Below are positions 26,802 through 39,239 of a stretch of DNA of 64,000 nucleotides, piece after piece. Numbering within the stretch: position 1 is the first letter of the stretch; every line of letters begins with the position of its first letter. Made by a program: the position numbers and the translations under genes. The notes under the pieces are model-generated. The model was not told the DNA's origin. It made no database searches and saw only the letters and a program-made list of their open reading frames with translations. This DNA is from Felis catus (Eukaryota): the NCBI RefSeq assembly GCF_018350175.1, contig NC_058382.1, positions 53,446,001-53,510,000 of the forward strand. The letters are read 5' to 3'.

Positions 26802-27255
26802 GCAGTTTGACATTTCGTCCTGGGTTTTTCCTTTTCCTCAGAGCCAGTCCATCTGCAACATCGTTCTTGGCCGCTCTTGGTCATTCAGACCCACAGAAAG
26901 GGAAGGTACGCGGGTTTACAAATGGTAGGTACACAGCCCCGGTACAGAGTCTAGCTCCTTCCTGGGCCCGAGCCTGCCCCAGCCTGACTCCCTGAGGGAC
27001 CGTGTTCCTCTTCCTCATGCCTGACCACTCCCCCGTTGGCCAGGCCGGCCCTCCCCACCCGAGCGGGCCTGGCCTGCAAGAGAGCTGGGTTACCTCTGGC
27101 TGGTCTGTAGCCCAGTCTGGTCTTCAGCGGGCCACTGCCCACCGCCCTGGGCTGCGGCTGTCTGTCACCCTGTCTCTGCACCCCTCTCAGTCTCTCTGCT
27201 GCTCAACTGGAAGACAATGCTCCCAACTAGTCCTTCTCAGAAATGGTTGCTTCTT

Positions 27256-27440
27256 GGGGCGCCTGGGTGGCTCATGCGGTTAAGCGTCTGGCTCTTGGTT
27301 TTGGTTCAGGTTATGATCTTGCGGTTTGGGCCCCGCGTGGGCCTCCACGCTGACAGTGTGGAGCCTGCTTGGGATTCTCACCCTCTCTGCACCACCCCCC
27401 CTCCAAATGCAATAAATAAAAAAAAACCTTAAAAACAAAA
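27256..27440 (+). mobile_element. CanSINE (older)
   Basis: ggggcgcctgggtggctcatgcggttaag head; A tail; degenerate TSD agaaat...cttc. Confidence 0.88.
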
Positions 27441-27784
27441 AGAAATCTTTACTTCCTGCCTCAATTCATCAAAACGTTCCTTCTAAGTCCATGCTCTGGT
27501 TACGTTTCTAACTACGGCATTCTTCCCAAATAACGGGCTTTGCCCGCCCCCGCGTCTTTTCTATCCATGGTGAGCATTCCCCCAACCCACATGTCCATAG
27601 AACACATGACGATTACAGCAGGTGTCTCGCCTGTGGATCCGGGGCTGGAAAGAGGCCCCGGGGTCAAAGCCGGGGTGTCTGACCCAGGAGCCAGGGCTCT
27701 CCCCTCTCCAGCGACAGTCTCTGTTATGAACGCTGAGGCTGTCACTAACCACCTTCCCACACTGTCACCTGAGAACCAGTTCCC

Positions 27785-27955
27785 TGCAGAATGGCTGCTC
27801 ATGGGCACAGGTTTCTCTTTGTGGCAACGAGAATGTGCTGGAATCAGGTAACGGTGAGGGTGGCAGAATTCTGCGAATACACTAAAATCCCCTGAATTGC
27901 ACATTTTAAAGGGTACATTTTATGGGATGTGAATTATATCTTAATTTTTTAAAAG
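27785..27955 (+). mobile_element. L1MB-type 3' UTR end
   Basis: ctgctcatgggcacaggtttctctttgtgg...gaatacactaaaatcccctgaattgcacattttaaaggg...atgtgaattatatct. Confidence 0.82.
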
Positions 27956-28539
27956 AGAATTCGTTCGCTCTTCTCCTCTAAACATCTCAGCCCGGTTAGA
28001 GAAAATGTGAATAATTTATCACTTCTGATGGCTTCCTATCACACTTAGAAGTCCAAATGACTTCCAGCCTGTTAGCAGACTCTCAGGGCGCCGCACCCCC
28101 ACTGCCAGGCACGCACCCTCCCCGCGCACCCCTCCTCCACACCTCCTGCAAACACCCATAACTCCTCACCTGACCGTTTTCTCTTCTCTGGAAGAGCCAG
28201 GGTCGCCCCGCCCCCTGGGAGCTGCCCACAGAAGGCCATGGATGGGAGGTAAAGAAAAGCCGCCCACTTCTGTTCCAGAGCTGTGCTTCGTGGGTCCCAC
28301 GTGGGGTCCCACTTGCCCTTGAAGCAGTCGGGTAATAACATCACCTGTATTGGAATCCCTCCTTTCCCTTCTCACCCCCCCTTCCTGTGCCTCCTCGTTT
28401 GTTTGCCCTCGGACTCTCAGCTCAGGGTTTTCTTCGGGGAAAACCTGACCTAAGACAAGCCTTTCCTGGAGGTAGCCGCCACTGGTCTCTCTGCCTTCAT
28501 CTCCCACCACTCACCCCCTACCTGACTCTGTTACACCCG

Positions 28540-28790
28540 CACTGAACTGTCCCTTTTTCAGCACACCAAGTTAGTTTCTACCTCAGGTCCTTTGCACTTG
28601 CGCTCGGTTCTCTCTGCCAAGAGCCATCCGGTCCGACTCCACACATCAGTGGCTTCTTTCTGTCTTGTGGCCACAGCTCACATGCCCCTACTCAGCAGCC
28701 AAGAGAGGTCGACCCTCCTTGAAATCTATCTAAAATAGACCCCAGGGTCTCATTACACTGCATTTCATCACTCCAAAGCACTGATACATA
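28540..28790 (+). mobile_element. L2 fragment
   Basis: cacaccaag...tacctcaggtcctttgcacttgc...tctaaaatag...cattacactgcatttcatc. Confidence 0.55.
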
Positions 28791-29159
28791 AGAATAAGTA
28801 TAGGTGCTGGAATGTTTGAGTTTGTTCCTCGAGGTCTGGTCCCTGCCCTTCTCCACTTTCTTTTGTGCTCTGGGAAGCTGATCTTTACGGAGGACAGTGG
28901 TGGCTCCCTGGACGTCAGGCTGTGATTTGGACTTGGCCATGGAAGGTACTCACAGGCATTAGCGTAGGAGGACTAAGTCAGAACACTGACTTCCCTGGTG
29001 CCCTCTCGGCTGGGTTCCTTGGCTTACCCAGAACCTGCCCTGAACCTTTGTAAATAGCCCCTTATGACATTGTCCTTAATTATTCAGGTTGTGTATGCTG
29101 TTTTGTGGAGTGTGTGTATGTGTGTGTGTGCTATTATACGCTCTCTAAAATTATTTTAA

Positions 29160-29385
29160 AAAAAAAATTTTTTTTTCAACTTTTATTTATTTTTGGGACA
29201 GAGAGAGAGAGAGAGAGCGCATGAACGGGGGAGGGGCAGAGAGAGAGGGAGACACAGAATCGGAAGCAGGCTCCAGGCTCTGAGCCATCAGCCCAGAGCC
29301 TGACGCGGGGCTTGAACTCACAGACCGCGAGATCGTGACCTGGCTGAAGTCGGACGCTTAACCGACTGCGCCACCCAGGCGCCCC
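29160..29385 (-). mobile_element. Young feline CanSINE
   Basis: TSD taaaattattttaa at 29146-29159 and 29386-29399. Confidence 0.95.
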
Positions 29386-29404
29386 TAAAATTATTTTAAG
29401 TATC

Positions 29405-29545
29405 GACATTTCTGTCCTCTCTTCCTATAATCATGCAAACTTCGCAAGGGGAGATATCCTGCCTGCCTTGTTCACAACTGTATCCTCAGTGCCTAAAACC
29501 ATATTCAGTATAGAATAGGTGCTCACAAAGATTTTTGAAGGTAGA
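29405..29545 (+). mobile_element. L2 3' end
   Basis: ccttgttcacaactgtatcctcagtgcctaaaac...aataggtgctcacaaagatttttgaa. Confidence 0.6.
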
Positions 29546-30183
29546 TTTTATTTATCTGAAGATTTTTACTGAGGGAAGCTGGCATCTCGTTAGTGGGTCA
29601 GGTCCCCTACCTTTCTTGACGTGACCACCTCTCTCCAACTTAGGCAGCCCCCAGGGAACAAGGTTTTCTGAGCCCATGGGTTTTTTTTTTTCCTGAACAT
29701 CTTTGGCTCTAGAAGCTGCAATATAGGGTTACCAATGAGTTATTCTCTGGCATAGATTTAGCTGTAAAGTCCTTCTGTTACGGGTTAATAAAATCTAGGA
29801 AATTAGCTCCCAACAGCCAGAAATACATTGTAGGGAAACTGAGAAGACAGTGGAGAAGCAAGGATTTGAGTTTTCAACACTGATGTTTGCTTCCACTCCT
29901 AATAAATATTTGTTAGGTTGTATTTAACTTGACTCGATGACTACCCAATGGACATCTGTTTATAGCACTAGTTTCCACAATTTTTTAGTTAAGAATCTCT
30001 GGCTCTTAATCAGAATGCATTAAAAAAAAAAAACCACCCACCTTTCTCCTTCTACTACAAATTTATAATTCAGAGCTCATTTATGTAATTGTGGTACAAA
30101 GTCAATTTCGATTGTTTTCGTTTTGTAGAGAAACAGAAGGAGAAGGACTCATTTGCATACATTGTAGGGAATAAATTAGAAAC

Positions 30184-30685
30184 TGTGGTAGGCAGAACAA
30201 GGGTTTCCCCTCCCCAAAGATGTCCACGTCCTAATGCTTGGAGCCTATGACTAGGTCAACCTTATACACCTGGAGCCTGTGGCTAGGTTAACCTTCTACA
30301 CGGAATTGGGATTTGGGTTGCGGGTGGAAATGAGGTTGCTAATCAGTGGACCTTAAACTACAGAGATTACCTTGGATTACCTGGGGGTGGCCAGATGTAG
30401 AGAGGCCAAGATATGAGCGCTCAACCCACCCTGACTGATGGGCTTCGAAGGTGGAGTAGGGTCCACAAGCCAGAGAATGCAGGCAAGGAAACAGATTCTC
30501 CCCTAGAGCTTTCCAAGGAATGCGGTCCTGCTGACTGATGCTTCCCTGCTGCTACTCTGATTTTAGCCCAGCGAGCCCTGTGTCAAGCCCGTGACCTACA
30601 CAACTATACAATCCTAAATTTGTGTGGTTTTGGGCCCCCCCAGTCTGCGATGACTGGTTACCGCTGTGACCGGCAACTGATGGAG
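30184..30685 (+). mobile_element. MaLR solo LTR (MLT1D/E-like)
   Basis: Starts tgtggtaggcagaa; ccccaaagatgtccacgtcctaat; gagattaccttggattac; ggaaacagattctcccctagagc; taaatttgtgtggtttt. Confidence 0.85.
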
Positions 30686-32508
30686 AAACATAACCATGCT
30701 CTCCTTTCTAGAAGGGCAGCCATAGTGCCTCTCTCCAACACCAGATATTTTGTGTGCGTGCGACATTTCAATTGTGCAGACATGAGTAGAGAGTCACTTG
30801 GGCATACTGTTGAGTTTCCATGAAGATATTTTTTTTTTTTTACAAGTACAACATACATTCCAAGTATTCCCATCAAAATGGGAGGTGCCCATAAATTAAA
30901 TCAGATTTAATCTTTCACTTCCCAGCTCTTTTGCAAGAAGTAACGAAGAAAAAAATGTCGAGCACCTACAAGTGTGTTGAATATTGAAGTCCTATAGATG
31001 GACAGCTCTTTGTTTTGCTAGCCAGCACAGTTGGTGAACTGCAGGACAAGGGGCTAATACCCAGGAAGATGGTCAGACCTGAATTGTGAGAGAAATTGCA
31101 GACCCCTAGATCAGCGCATTATTTTAAAATTCCCTTTTCCTGCTTCTTGCTTCCTGCTTCTATGGTGTGAAGGGAACTTGTATTTCTTGACATGTTCCAG
31201 CTAGCTCAGACGCTCCGAGAGAGCCAAATGACTCAGTCCCTGGACCACTACCAACGTTTTCAGGGTTGAATCCTGTCTTATTTTCTGAGAAACAATGTTT
31301 AACTGGCCTCTGTGGCATCGTGTCAACTGACATCACCCTGTAACTGCAGATATATCACGTTAAGCTACCACCAATATTGAAGAAAGGATCCCAAGGCGGG
31401 TTAAACAATATGACGGAGGCTGTTGTGTGTTTTTCACACCCCTGGCCAAGGGGAGGTCCGTGTCATGAGGAAACATATAATTCAAGCCCCCTCAGGATGA
31501 TCTCAAAAATGCTAAAACAGGTTAAATCACATTTTTTTAAACGAGCTATCAAGGAAACTAGTTTGACGATCTGTAAGAGGCACCGCATTCTGCGGTCATC
31601 TATTTTAAGTAACTTCAGGTAGTTCTCAAAACACACAAGCTAGAGTCACGCCGAAAGACTTTTGATTTCCCCCTGCGACTACCAGTGTATGTGCAATAAA
31701 TTATGGGCCTGGAAATAAGTATTCTCATACGATTGCTTAGGGATTTGGAAAGTTAGCATCTGCATGGAAGATGATGAAGTCATCAGCTCAGTGGCCTCCG
31801 AACTAGTAAGATCCTGTGAAACAGACCTTGCCCAAACTTGTTTTTCAGTGCCAACAGACCAGGAGTGGATACAAAGAGAATTAGCCTCGTTACGAGTCCT
31901 TTAGAGAACGGTCCCTGTGGATCTGATCCCAGGCAAAGTCATTGGTTGGGCCCAAGTGCGATACTTGACTTCTCCTTCACCTGAGAACAATAGCTGCCTT
32001 TATTTATTAACTTAGAAAAGGGGATCGCTGATGATCTCTTTCATTTTATCCTGTGAGAAATGAGAGAGAGGCCTTGCTTGAGGATCTTCTTGAAGGTCGT
32101 AGGAGACTTTCTAATTTCTGGGCAATGAGAAACTGTGACCTGCATGGGCCTCAATGGAGGCATGGAGAAGAAAACACGGTGGAAAGACTGTCACGGAGCT
32201 AAGGAGGTCTTTGGATTTTCCTGAAAAGAGTATACTGTTCTCTGGTTGACGGGTACAGACTACCCCCTCTTCTGGGTGCGTATGTAGAAGAAAATGGGGC
32301 TGCAGCCAGCCCTAAGTGGAAAACCAAGATGGAGTAACCAAGGATACAGATTTCATGGGAAAGACATGGATTTGGAGCTATGATCGGAATCACAAAGCAA
32401 GATGGCAGACCAGGAACTGTCAGCTCGAAGGGGATCCTTCACGATATGTGCAATATGCATTAAACTAATTTCATACAGTCTCTTTGTTGTCTGAGCCCTT
32501 ACAGTTTT

Positions 32509-32710
32509 TTTTTTAAGTCTATTTATTTCTGAGGGAGATTGAGAGAGAGAGAGAACCAGCAGGGGCGCGGTAGAGAGAAAGGGGCACAGAGGATCTGAAG
32601 CAGGCTCTGTGCTGACAGCCGAGAGCCTGATTGGAGCTTGAACTCACAAACTGTGAGATCATGACCTGAGCTGAAGTCAGATGCTTACCAACGGAACTAC
32701 CCAGATGCCC
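32509..32710 (-). mobile_element. CanSINE (older, CpG-decayed)
   Basis: Reverse SINE body ending ccagatgccc; TSD gagccctt(ac/gg)agtttt. Confidence 0.9.
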
Positions 32711-32728
32711 TGAGCCCTTGGAGTTTTA

Positions 32729-32950
32729 TTTTTTTTAAATTTTTTTTCAACGTTTATTTATTTTTGGGACAGAGAGAGACAGAGCATGAACGGGGGAGGG
32801 TCAGAGAGAGAGGGAGACACAGAATCGGAAGCAGGCTCCAGGCTCTGAGCCATCAGCCCAGAGCCTGACGCGGGGCTCGAACTCACGGACCGCAAGATGG
32901 TGACCTGGCTGAAGTCGGACGCTTAACTGACTGTGCCACCCAGGCGCCCC
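32729..32950 (-). mobile_element. Young feline CanSINE inserted into the TSD of the preceding SINE
   Basis: Perfect TSD agcccttggagtttta at 32713-32728 and 32952-32967. Confidence 0.95.
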
Positions 32951-32970
32951 AAGCCCTTGGAGTTTTAAAG

Positions 32971-33305
32971 TGCTATGGACTGAGTATTTGTGTCTCTCTA
33001 AAATTCATGTGTTGAATCCTATGTGATAGCATGGGAGGGGGGCAGCTGGGGATGTAGAGACCTCTTGGAAGAGATTAGTACCCTTATAAGAGACCCCAGA
33101 GAGTTCTGTTGCCCCTTCTGTCATGTGAACACATAGCAAGTAGATGGCTGTCTGTCTATGAACCAGGAAGTGGGTCCTCATCAGACACCAGATCCACTGG
33201 TTCCTTAATCTTGAACTTCACACTTTCTGTGAGAAACAGACATTTGTTGTTTAGGACATACTTTCTATGGTATTTTTGTTATAACAACCCAAGTGAAGGA
33301 AGACA
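32971..33305 (+). mobile_element. MaLR solo LTR (MLT1A-like)
   Basis: Starts tgctatggactga; gattagtacccttataagagacccc; atgaaccaggaagtgggtcctcatcagacacca; ends tatttttgttataacaacccaag...agaca. Confidence 0.85.
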
Positions 33306-34094
33306 AGAGGCATCATCTTCTGTTGCTGGTATTTCACTGTGGAGCTCTGACTGCCTAGATCACTGGCTCCAGTCAGGCACTACTCTGTCTATGAAAGAGG
33401 GAGTGGCCAGAAATAGAATAAGCAAGGTGGGGGCGGGGACAATAGCCTGAATGATGGGTGTAGAAGGAATGAACGTAGCCCAAAAGATCACACAGAGCAT
33501 TTGTGACTACAGCTTTCAAACAGATAAAGTTGGCTTTGTCAACACTGTCCTGTTTTCTGGCCTCTGGCTTCTGGTTCACCACTTGGATCAGGCATTCTCT
33601 TCCTCATCAAGACGTTGAATACCTTGAAAAGCACATGCTGGGTAACTCATGAGTCCGTGTCTCCGGCAGACAAATCGCTATCTTCTTCATTATAATAATA
33701 CTCGGTTCTAGGCAAAGTACTAGGCACTTTCCATATGTTATTTCATGATTACTTCTCTGACATGTATTTTAAAAGAAGCTCAACACAGGTCCCAGCAACT
33801 TAGCCCATGTCCTCCTGGATGACCTGACTGTGTATCTGTCTGCAAAGGTACCGGGTGAGGCTTAAGCCAAGGGTGGGTTGAAAAAGACCGGCACATTCTA
33901 AGGCTGGTGTTCAGTACTTTGCCACTTAAGGCAACTTCAGGTTCTCAGACCAAAATGAGATGTCAAAGCTGACAGCATGATTTCCATGCAGCTCAAATAA
34001 GTTGGTGAGGAAAAATAATCGTAATCCTCCCAGATTTGGCGACGTTAGATTTATATAATCTTACTATCTCCCGTAACCTCAGGAATGTTCTAGA

Positions 34095-34226
34095 AGAGTT
34101 TTCAAAGTGTGGTCCTTGTGTTCCAAGGCCAGCTCCTGTCCTTCGGTGGATGAGACCCCACAAATCTCACTTGTTGAACAACACCCCTGGGAACACCCAT
34201 TTGTAGGAAAGTTCTAAAACCACTGT
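34095..34226. mobile_element. MER5-type MITE remnant
   Basis: Termini gttttcaaagtgtggtcc ... aagttctaaaaccactg. Confidence 0.5.
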
Positions 34227-34980
34227 TCAGGGGTATAAAGTCTTAAAATCTGGTCTCTCTCCTTTCTGTCTCCTTCTCTCTGTTCCCCGTTCTTCTTCCT
34301 GCCTCATGACTTTAATTTCTTTTAGGATTTTATCTCTTCTTTTCCCATACATATATATTTTTTTTTCCAAAGTTTACTCTTACCCACATGCCTGTGAGAA
34401 GAATCAAGATGAGGGCAACTAAAAGAAATACAATTAGGTAGTTAGGTTTAAGTACATGAAGGAAAGTGTATTCTCTTGTGAAGAGCAAGATGTGTGTTTA
34501 GAAAATTTCCATGGCTACTACTAGGGACACAAGCTCAGGCCTCCAGGGACCTCGATAGGAGCGGAGCGGCAAGACTCTGCAGGGGGCAGAGAGAGGAACG
34601 TGTTTGCTACTTCTCACAGAGGAAGGGAGGTAAGGGAGAATGAGGGGCAAGAACCGGGGAAAAAACAATATGGCCACTTCCAGCTCTCTCCCCAAATCTA
34701 AATGAAGTATACCAAAATGTTCATATAATTAACGGTAATGGAAGTTTGTAGTCAATGAAAACTAAATTCTACGTCAAATGGATGCCTGAGAAAAACAGAG
34801 AATCCAGGAACCCGTAGAGAAGCAGGAGGAAACAACCCTGAGAAACGCAGAGATTCCTGGGAAACCTTGGGGAAGGATTGAGGTTGCCTGTCATAAGCCC
34901 TGAAGCTGGGGTCTGAACTGAGTTTCAAGATCCCTTAGAAACACAGCCATGGCATAATTTATCAGAAGATCTGGACACTT

Positions 34981-35180
34981 TTTATTTTTTTATTTTAAAG
35001 TTTATTTATTTTGAGAGAGAGAGGGGGGGAGAAAGAGAGTGGAAGAATGGGGGAGGGACAGAGAGAATCTTTCTGCCTGCACAGAGCCCAATGTGGGGTT
35101 TGATCTCATGAACCATGAGATCATGACCTGAGCTGAAATCAAGGGTCGAACACTTCACCTACTGAGCCACCCAGGCGCCT
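34981..35180 (-). mobile_element. CanSINE
   Basis: TSD cagaag(a/g)tctggacacttt at ~34962 and 35181. Confidence 0.92.
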
Positions 35181-35899
35181 CAGAAGGTCTGGACACTTTG
35201 GAGAATGAAAGGGCACGTGTGAAATATGCAAAGATAACAGCCATTCCCAGGGGAACTGACCATTCTACCTAGAAAGGCCTCCGCTCTCTTGAGTCCATAG
35301 GAAGGAGAGGTCATACCGTAGAGATGGTTCTGATGTTTCCCCTAAACTAGGCTCAGGCATCAAAGGACAAAGTAAAAGAGAGAAATTTGACGGCAGCTTG
35401 GGGGAAATGCTCAGGAAGTGAGCTGTGGGCACCTTCACGTTGAGCAAAGATCGGTTTTTGTGATCTTGGGTACAAGAAGATAGTGGATTCAGTTTTTGCA
35501 GGAATTAGAGACGCCCAGAAATATTGCCAATCCTGGTCAAAGAAAGGGGGGAAAAGCAGTAAAGGAGAGAAAGGAGGAAGGAAGGACAGAAGGGAGGGGA
35601 GTTCTGGGTGTCTTCAGCCGCCTTCCTCAATGAACTGGGGGGTAGATTTCCAAACTCTGCTTTCAGTGACATGTCACGGAACTCGGGGTGGCCGACAGAC
35701 AAGCGCTCAGCTGAAGGGCAGGCAGGCAGTGTGGTAACCGTGGAAAGGGTTGAGGCCCAGGGATCAGATGGAAATCTGCCTATCATCGCATGGAAACGAG
35801 ATGTGAGCAAAACATTGGCTGCTTCGGAGAAGAGTCTCTAAGGGGGAGTCACAGATTCCAAGCACAGCTTGTCCCATACATCCATTAAAAACAAAACAC

Positions 35900-36127
35900 G
35901 GGGCGCCTGGGTGGCTCAGTCGGTTAAGCAGCCGACTTCGGCTCAGGTCACCATCTTGTGGTTCATGGGTTCGAGCCCCGGGTCGGGCTCTGGGCTGACA
36001 ACTCAGAGCCTGGAGCCTGCTTGGGATTCTCTGTCTCCCTCTCTCTCTGCCCAACCCCCCACTCATGCTTTGTCTCTCTCTGTCTCAAGAATAAATAAAC
36101 ATTAATTTTTTTTAAAAAAAAAAAGAA
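35900..36127 (+). mobile_element. CanSINE
   Basis: TSD taaaaacaaaac at 35886-35897 and 36128-36139. Confidence 0.94.
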
Positions 36128-36232
36128 TAAAAACAAAACCCAACCCTGACTATTCACCTGGTACCGTGTTACATAGAGACAGTTGACAATATCACAAAAC
36201 TTGCAGGACTCCCTTGGGATGGCTGGACTTCT

Positions 36233-36469
36233 TTTTTTTTTTTTTTTAATTTTTTTTTCAACTTTTTTTTTTTTTTTGGGGGGGGGGACAGAGAGAGACA
36301 GAGCATGAACGGGGGAGGGGCAGAGAGAGAGGGAGACACAGAATCGGAAACAGGCTCCAGGCTCCGAACCATCAGCCCAGAGCCTGACGCGGGGCTCGAA
36401 CTCACGGACCGCGAGATCATGACCTGGCTGAAGTCGGACGCTTAACCAACTGCGCCACCCAGGCGCCCC
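36233..36469 (-). mobile_element. Young feline CanSINE with long T tail
   Basis: Perfect 17-bp TSD gggatggctggacttct at 36216-36232 and 36470-36486. Confidence 0.95.
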
Positions 36470-38458
36470 GGGATGGCTGGACTTCTAACAGAAGTGCTAT
36501 CTCACAAAAAGATTTCAGCATAGGGGCTGCCCTCTGTCCCAAGAGGTAGACAGTTATCCCCAAAGTAGCCGAAATGGAAGTTCAAGGGAAAGTCCCTGTG
36601 ACCTTCTGCTAGGAGAGATGCCATAGATATTGGTGATGCTGTAAACAGAACAAAATAAGCAGCAGCAGCAACAACAACAACAACAAAACTGTGATTTCGA
36701 GTACGGGAGCCATGTCAAATGTCACAGGAGAGAATGTTCCAGTCTTGAGAGGCTGATGAGTAATTTCTTCTCGCAGGGGCGATTAGATGTAGCACGTTTA
36801 TCTGGAGCAGCACAGGGAAGGCAGCTGGTCCAAATTAATTCTCGCCTGCAGAAGCCTTGCTGATGCGCGCGTGTGTGTGGGTGCGAGCTGGCGGGGGGGG
36901 GGGGGGGGGGGACGACACGGGGTGGTGGAATCGAGTGGAGAGAGGGCATATGGCCATGATGCCTCACTCCAGAGCAGGCTTGTCAGAAAAGCCACCAAAC
37001 GTGGGCAATAACAGTGTAATACAGGCATAACTAAAGCCCTGCTCCGGGCATCCTTTGGAGGTTTAGTCAAAGCTGGAAGATCTATCGTTTCAAATCTAAG
37101 CCTTTTTCTGGTGAAGATGTGACTGCCCCTTTGGGACACAGTATGTGCTATTCTCTCATCCGAGAAAGATTCTCTTTAGTGGTTCATATATAAAACCAGT
37201 ACCACCCAGGGCTCTTGAGGAAACCCCGTGAAGAAAGGCTGTGGAGCTGAATGCAGATATTTTAGGAGAAAAAGTTTGGTAACTTAAAGCGGACTGCTTG
37301 GCCGAACCACCGTTCTGTTTCCAGTTTTTTTTTTGTATTTTTGTTGGGGACCGGGGGCTGAGATATTTCTTCTGTTCCACTGAGATTAAGTCCGACCTGT
37401 GTCTATGAGCAGTGGCTTGTCCTTGTTGATAGAAGCATACTTCTGTGAAAGGGCTCGACACAGAAGGGGACTGACGGGTACGCATTGACGGCGTTTTGAG
37501 AAAGCTGCCGTGGAAGCAGAGCCGGGCCTGTCCTGGGCCCAGACCGCCCTGAACCACTCTGCGGATACCCTGGCGGGAGAGGCCCCGCAAAGTCAATGGC
37601 TCAAGGCTTGGAGAATCGTCTGGGCGTCACACAGCCACATCCCGGTCACCTACTTGGGGGTGTGTGTGCGTGTGCGTGTGCGTGTGCGTGTGTGTGTGTG
37701 TGGAGTGAGATCGGGGGGATGGAGATACGTGCTCTTGAAGGGAACAGAACCCCCAATGTCCATCATCCTGAGGTCAGCACGAGGGCAGAGGTGGAAGGGT
37801 GGTCTCAAACCCCTGGGGCCCAGGCTGGTCAGGCAGGGACACTGGGGCTGAGGCTTGAGGTCGTCCGCTAGAGGGAGGAACAGCTCTCCCTGCACAGACA
37901 GGGAAGTCACACCGCAGGCAGCTCGATGGAGGCCTCATAAGGAAGAGTCTGGGCCTGGGACTCTAAAGAGGGTCACTTTCAGTTCTCGTTGATCGATTCT
38001 AGTTACACTGATAGCCGGCACGACAGTCAAATCTTCCTGGAGGCCAGACAAAGCCAAGGAAACGGCCGTGAGGACAGCAAAGATCTAAGCCGGTGAGGGG
38101 AAATCTCCGAGGGGAGGGAGGCCGCGCCCCCAGACCGGGGTCAGCATCTGCCTGAGGCGCCTGAAACGAGGTCTGGGGAAAGCACACAGAAGAGAAAGGG
38201 CCCTGAGACGGTGCCACAGCAGATGCCAAAGGCTTGGGCGACACTGTTCCTGATACGTCGCAGACCGGGGTCGCCGAGGGTGGGGGAAGAACAGCGGCCA
38301 GCAGGGGAGACCTCGCCCCATCCCCTCATGGGCTCGACGGCCCCATTCGGACTTGAGATTTGGTGAGGCGGACGCAACGTTCACATTTCAGCTGCGGCCA
38401 CGACGACCATGAGAGCACACGAGGACACCACCGTAGGGACGCCGTCGCCGCTCTTGTT

Positions 38459-38600
38459 AAAAAAGGAAAGGAAGGGAAGGGAAGGGAAGGGAAGGGAAGG
38501 GAAGGGAAGGGAAGGGAAGGGAAGGGAAGGGAGAAAGGAAGGAAGGAAGGAAGGAAGGAAGGAAGGAAGGAAGGAAGGAAGGAAGGAAGGAAGGAAGGAA

Positions 38601-38696
<96 letters not shown>

Positions 38697-38697
38697 A
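38459..38697. repeat. Compound (GGGAA)n-(GGAA)n-(GAAA)n microsatellite, uninterrupted purine tract
   Basis: Only A/G on the + strand across the interval. Confidence 0.97.
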
Positions 38698-39043
38698 CAA
38701 AAAAGACAGGCTGGTCCCAATGGCTCGAACAACTGTAAAATCCCTCTGCCTCCCCTCTCCTCCCCTCTTTCCGAGCCGACTGTTCCTTCGAGATGAGTCA
38801 TTGCAATAGGAATGTTAATGTATTTGACATGTGTCAACATCACCCCGAAAAAAGATGTTGAGCCATTTCGCTGGCACACGCGGCGGCCCAGAGAACTAAC
38901 GATGGGTGTGTTCGCCTCAGCCCGACGCTGACAGGGCTCCTTAGAATCGAATATTTCGGGGAATCCTTACGTCAGTCAGTGGAGGAGTCTGCTCACCACC
39001 CGTGTTCCTGCCACCTTCCTTTTCGTTAAAAATGTGCCCTTGC

Positions 39044-39239
39044 GGGGCACCCGGCTGGCTCAGTCGGTTAAGCGTCCGACTTCGGCTCAGGTCATGATCT
39101 CGAGGTCTGTGAGTTCACGCCCCGCGTCAGGCTCTGGGCTGTAGGCACAGAGCCCGCTTCGGATCCTCTGTCCGCACCACCACCCCCGCCTCTCCCTCCT
39201 CCCCCTCTCTCAAAAAGAAATAAACATTGAAAACAACTA
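39044..39239 (+). mobile_element. CanSINE
   Basis: TSD aaaaatgtgc(c/t)cttg on both sides. Confidence 0.92.

Noticed and set aside
37862..37880. CTCF-like ccgctagagggagg
   Set aside because: Lacks the GGC(A/G)(C/G) ending, and a single partial match in 64 kb is not persuasive without ChIP or conservation data.
38326..38879. ORFs with KERK/EGRK or SFFL/PSFL repeats
   Set aside because: Translations of the purine microsatellite.
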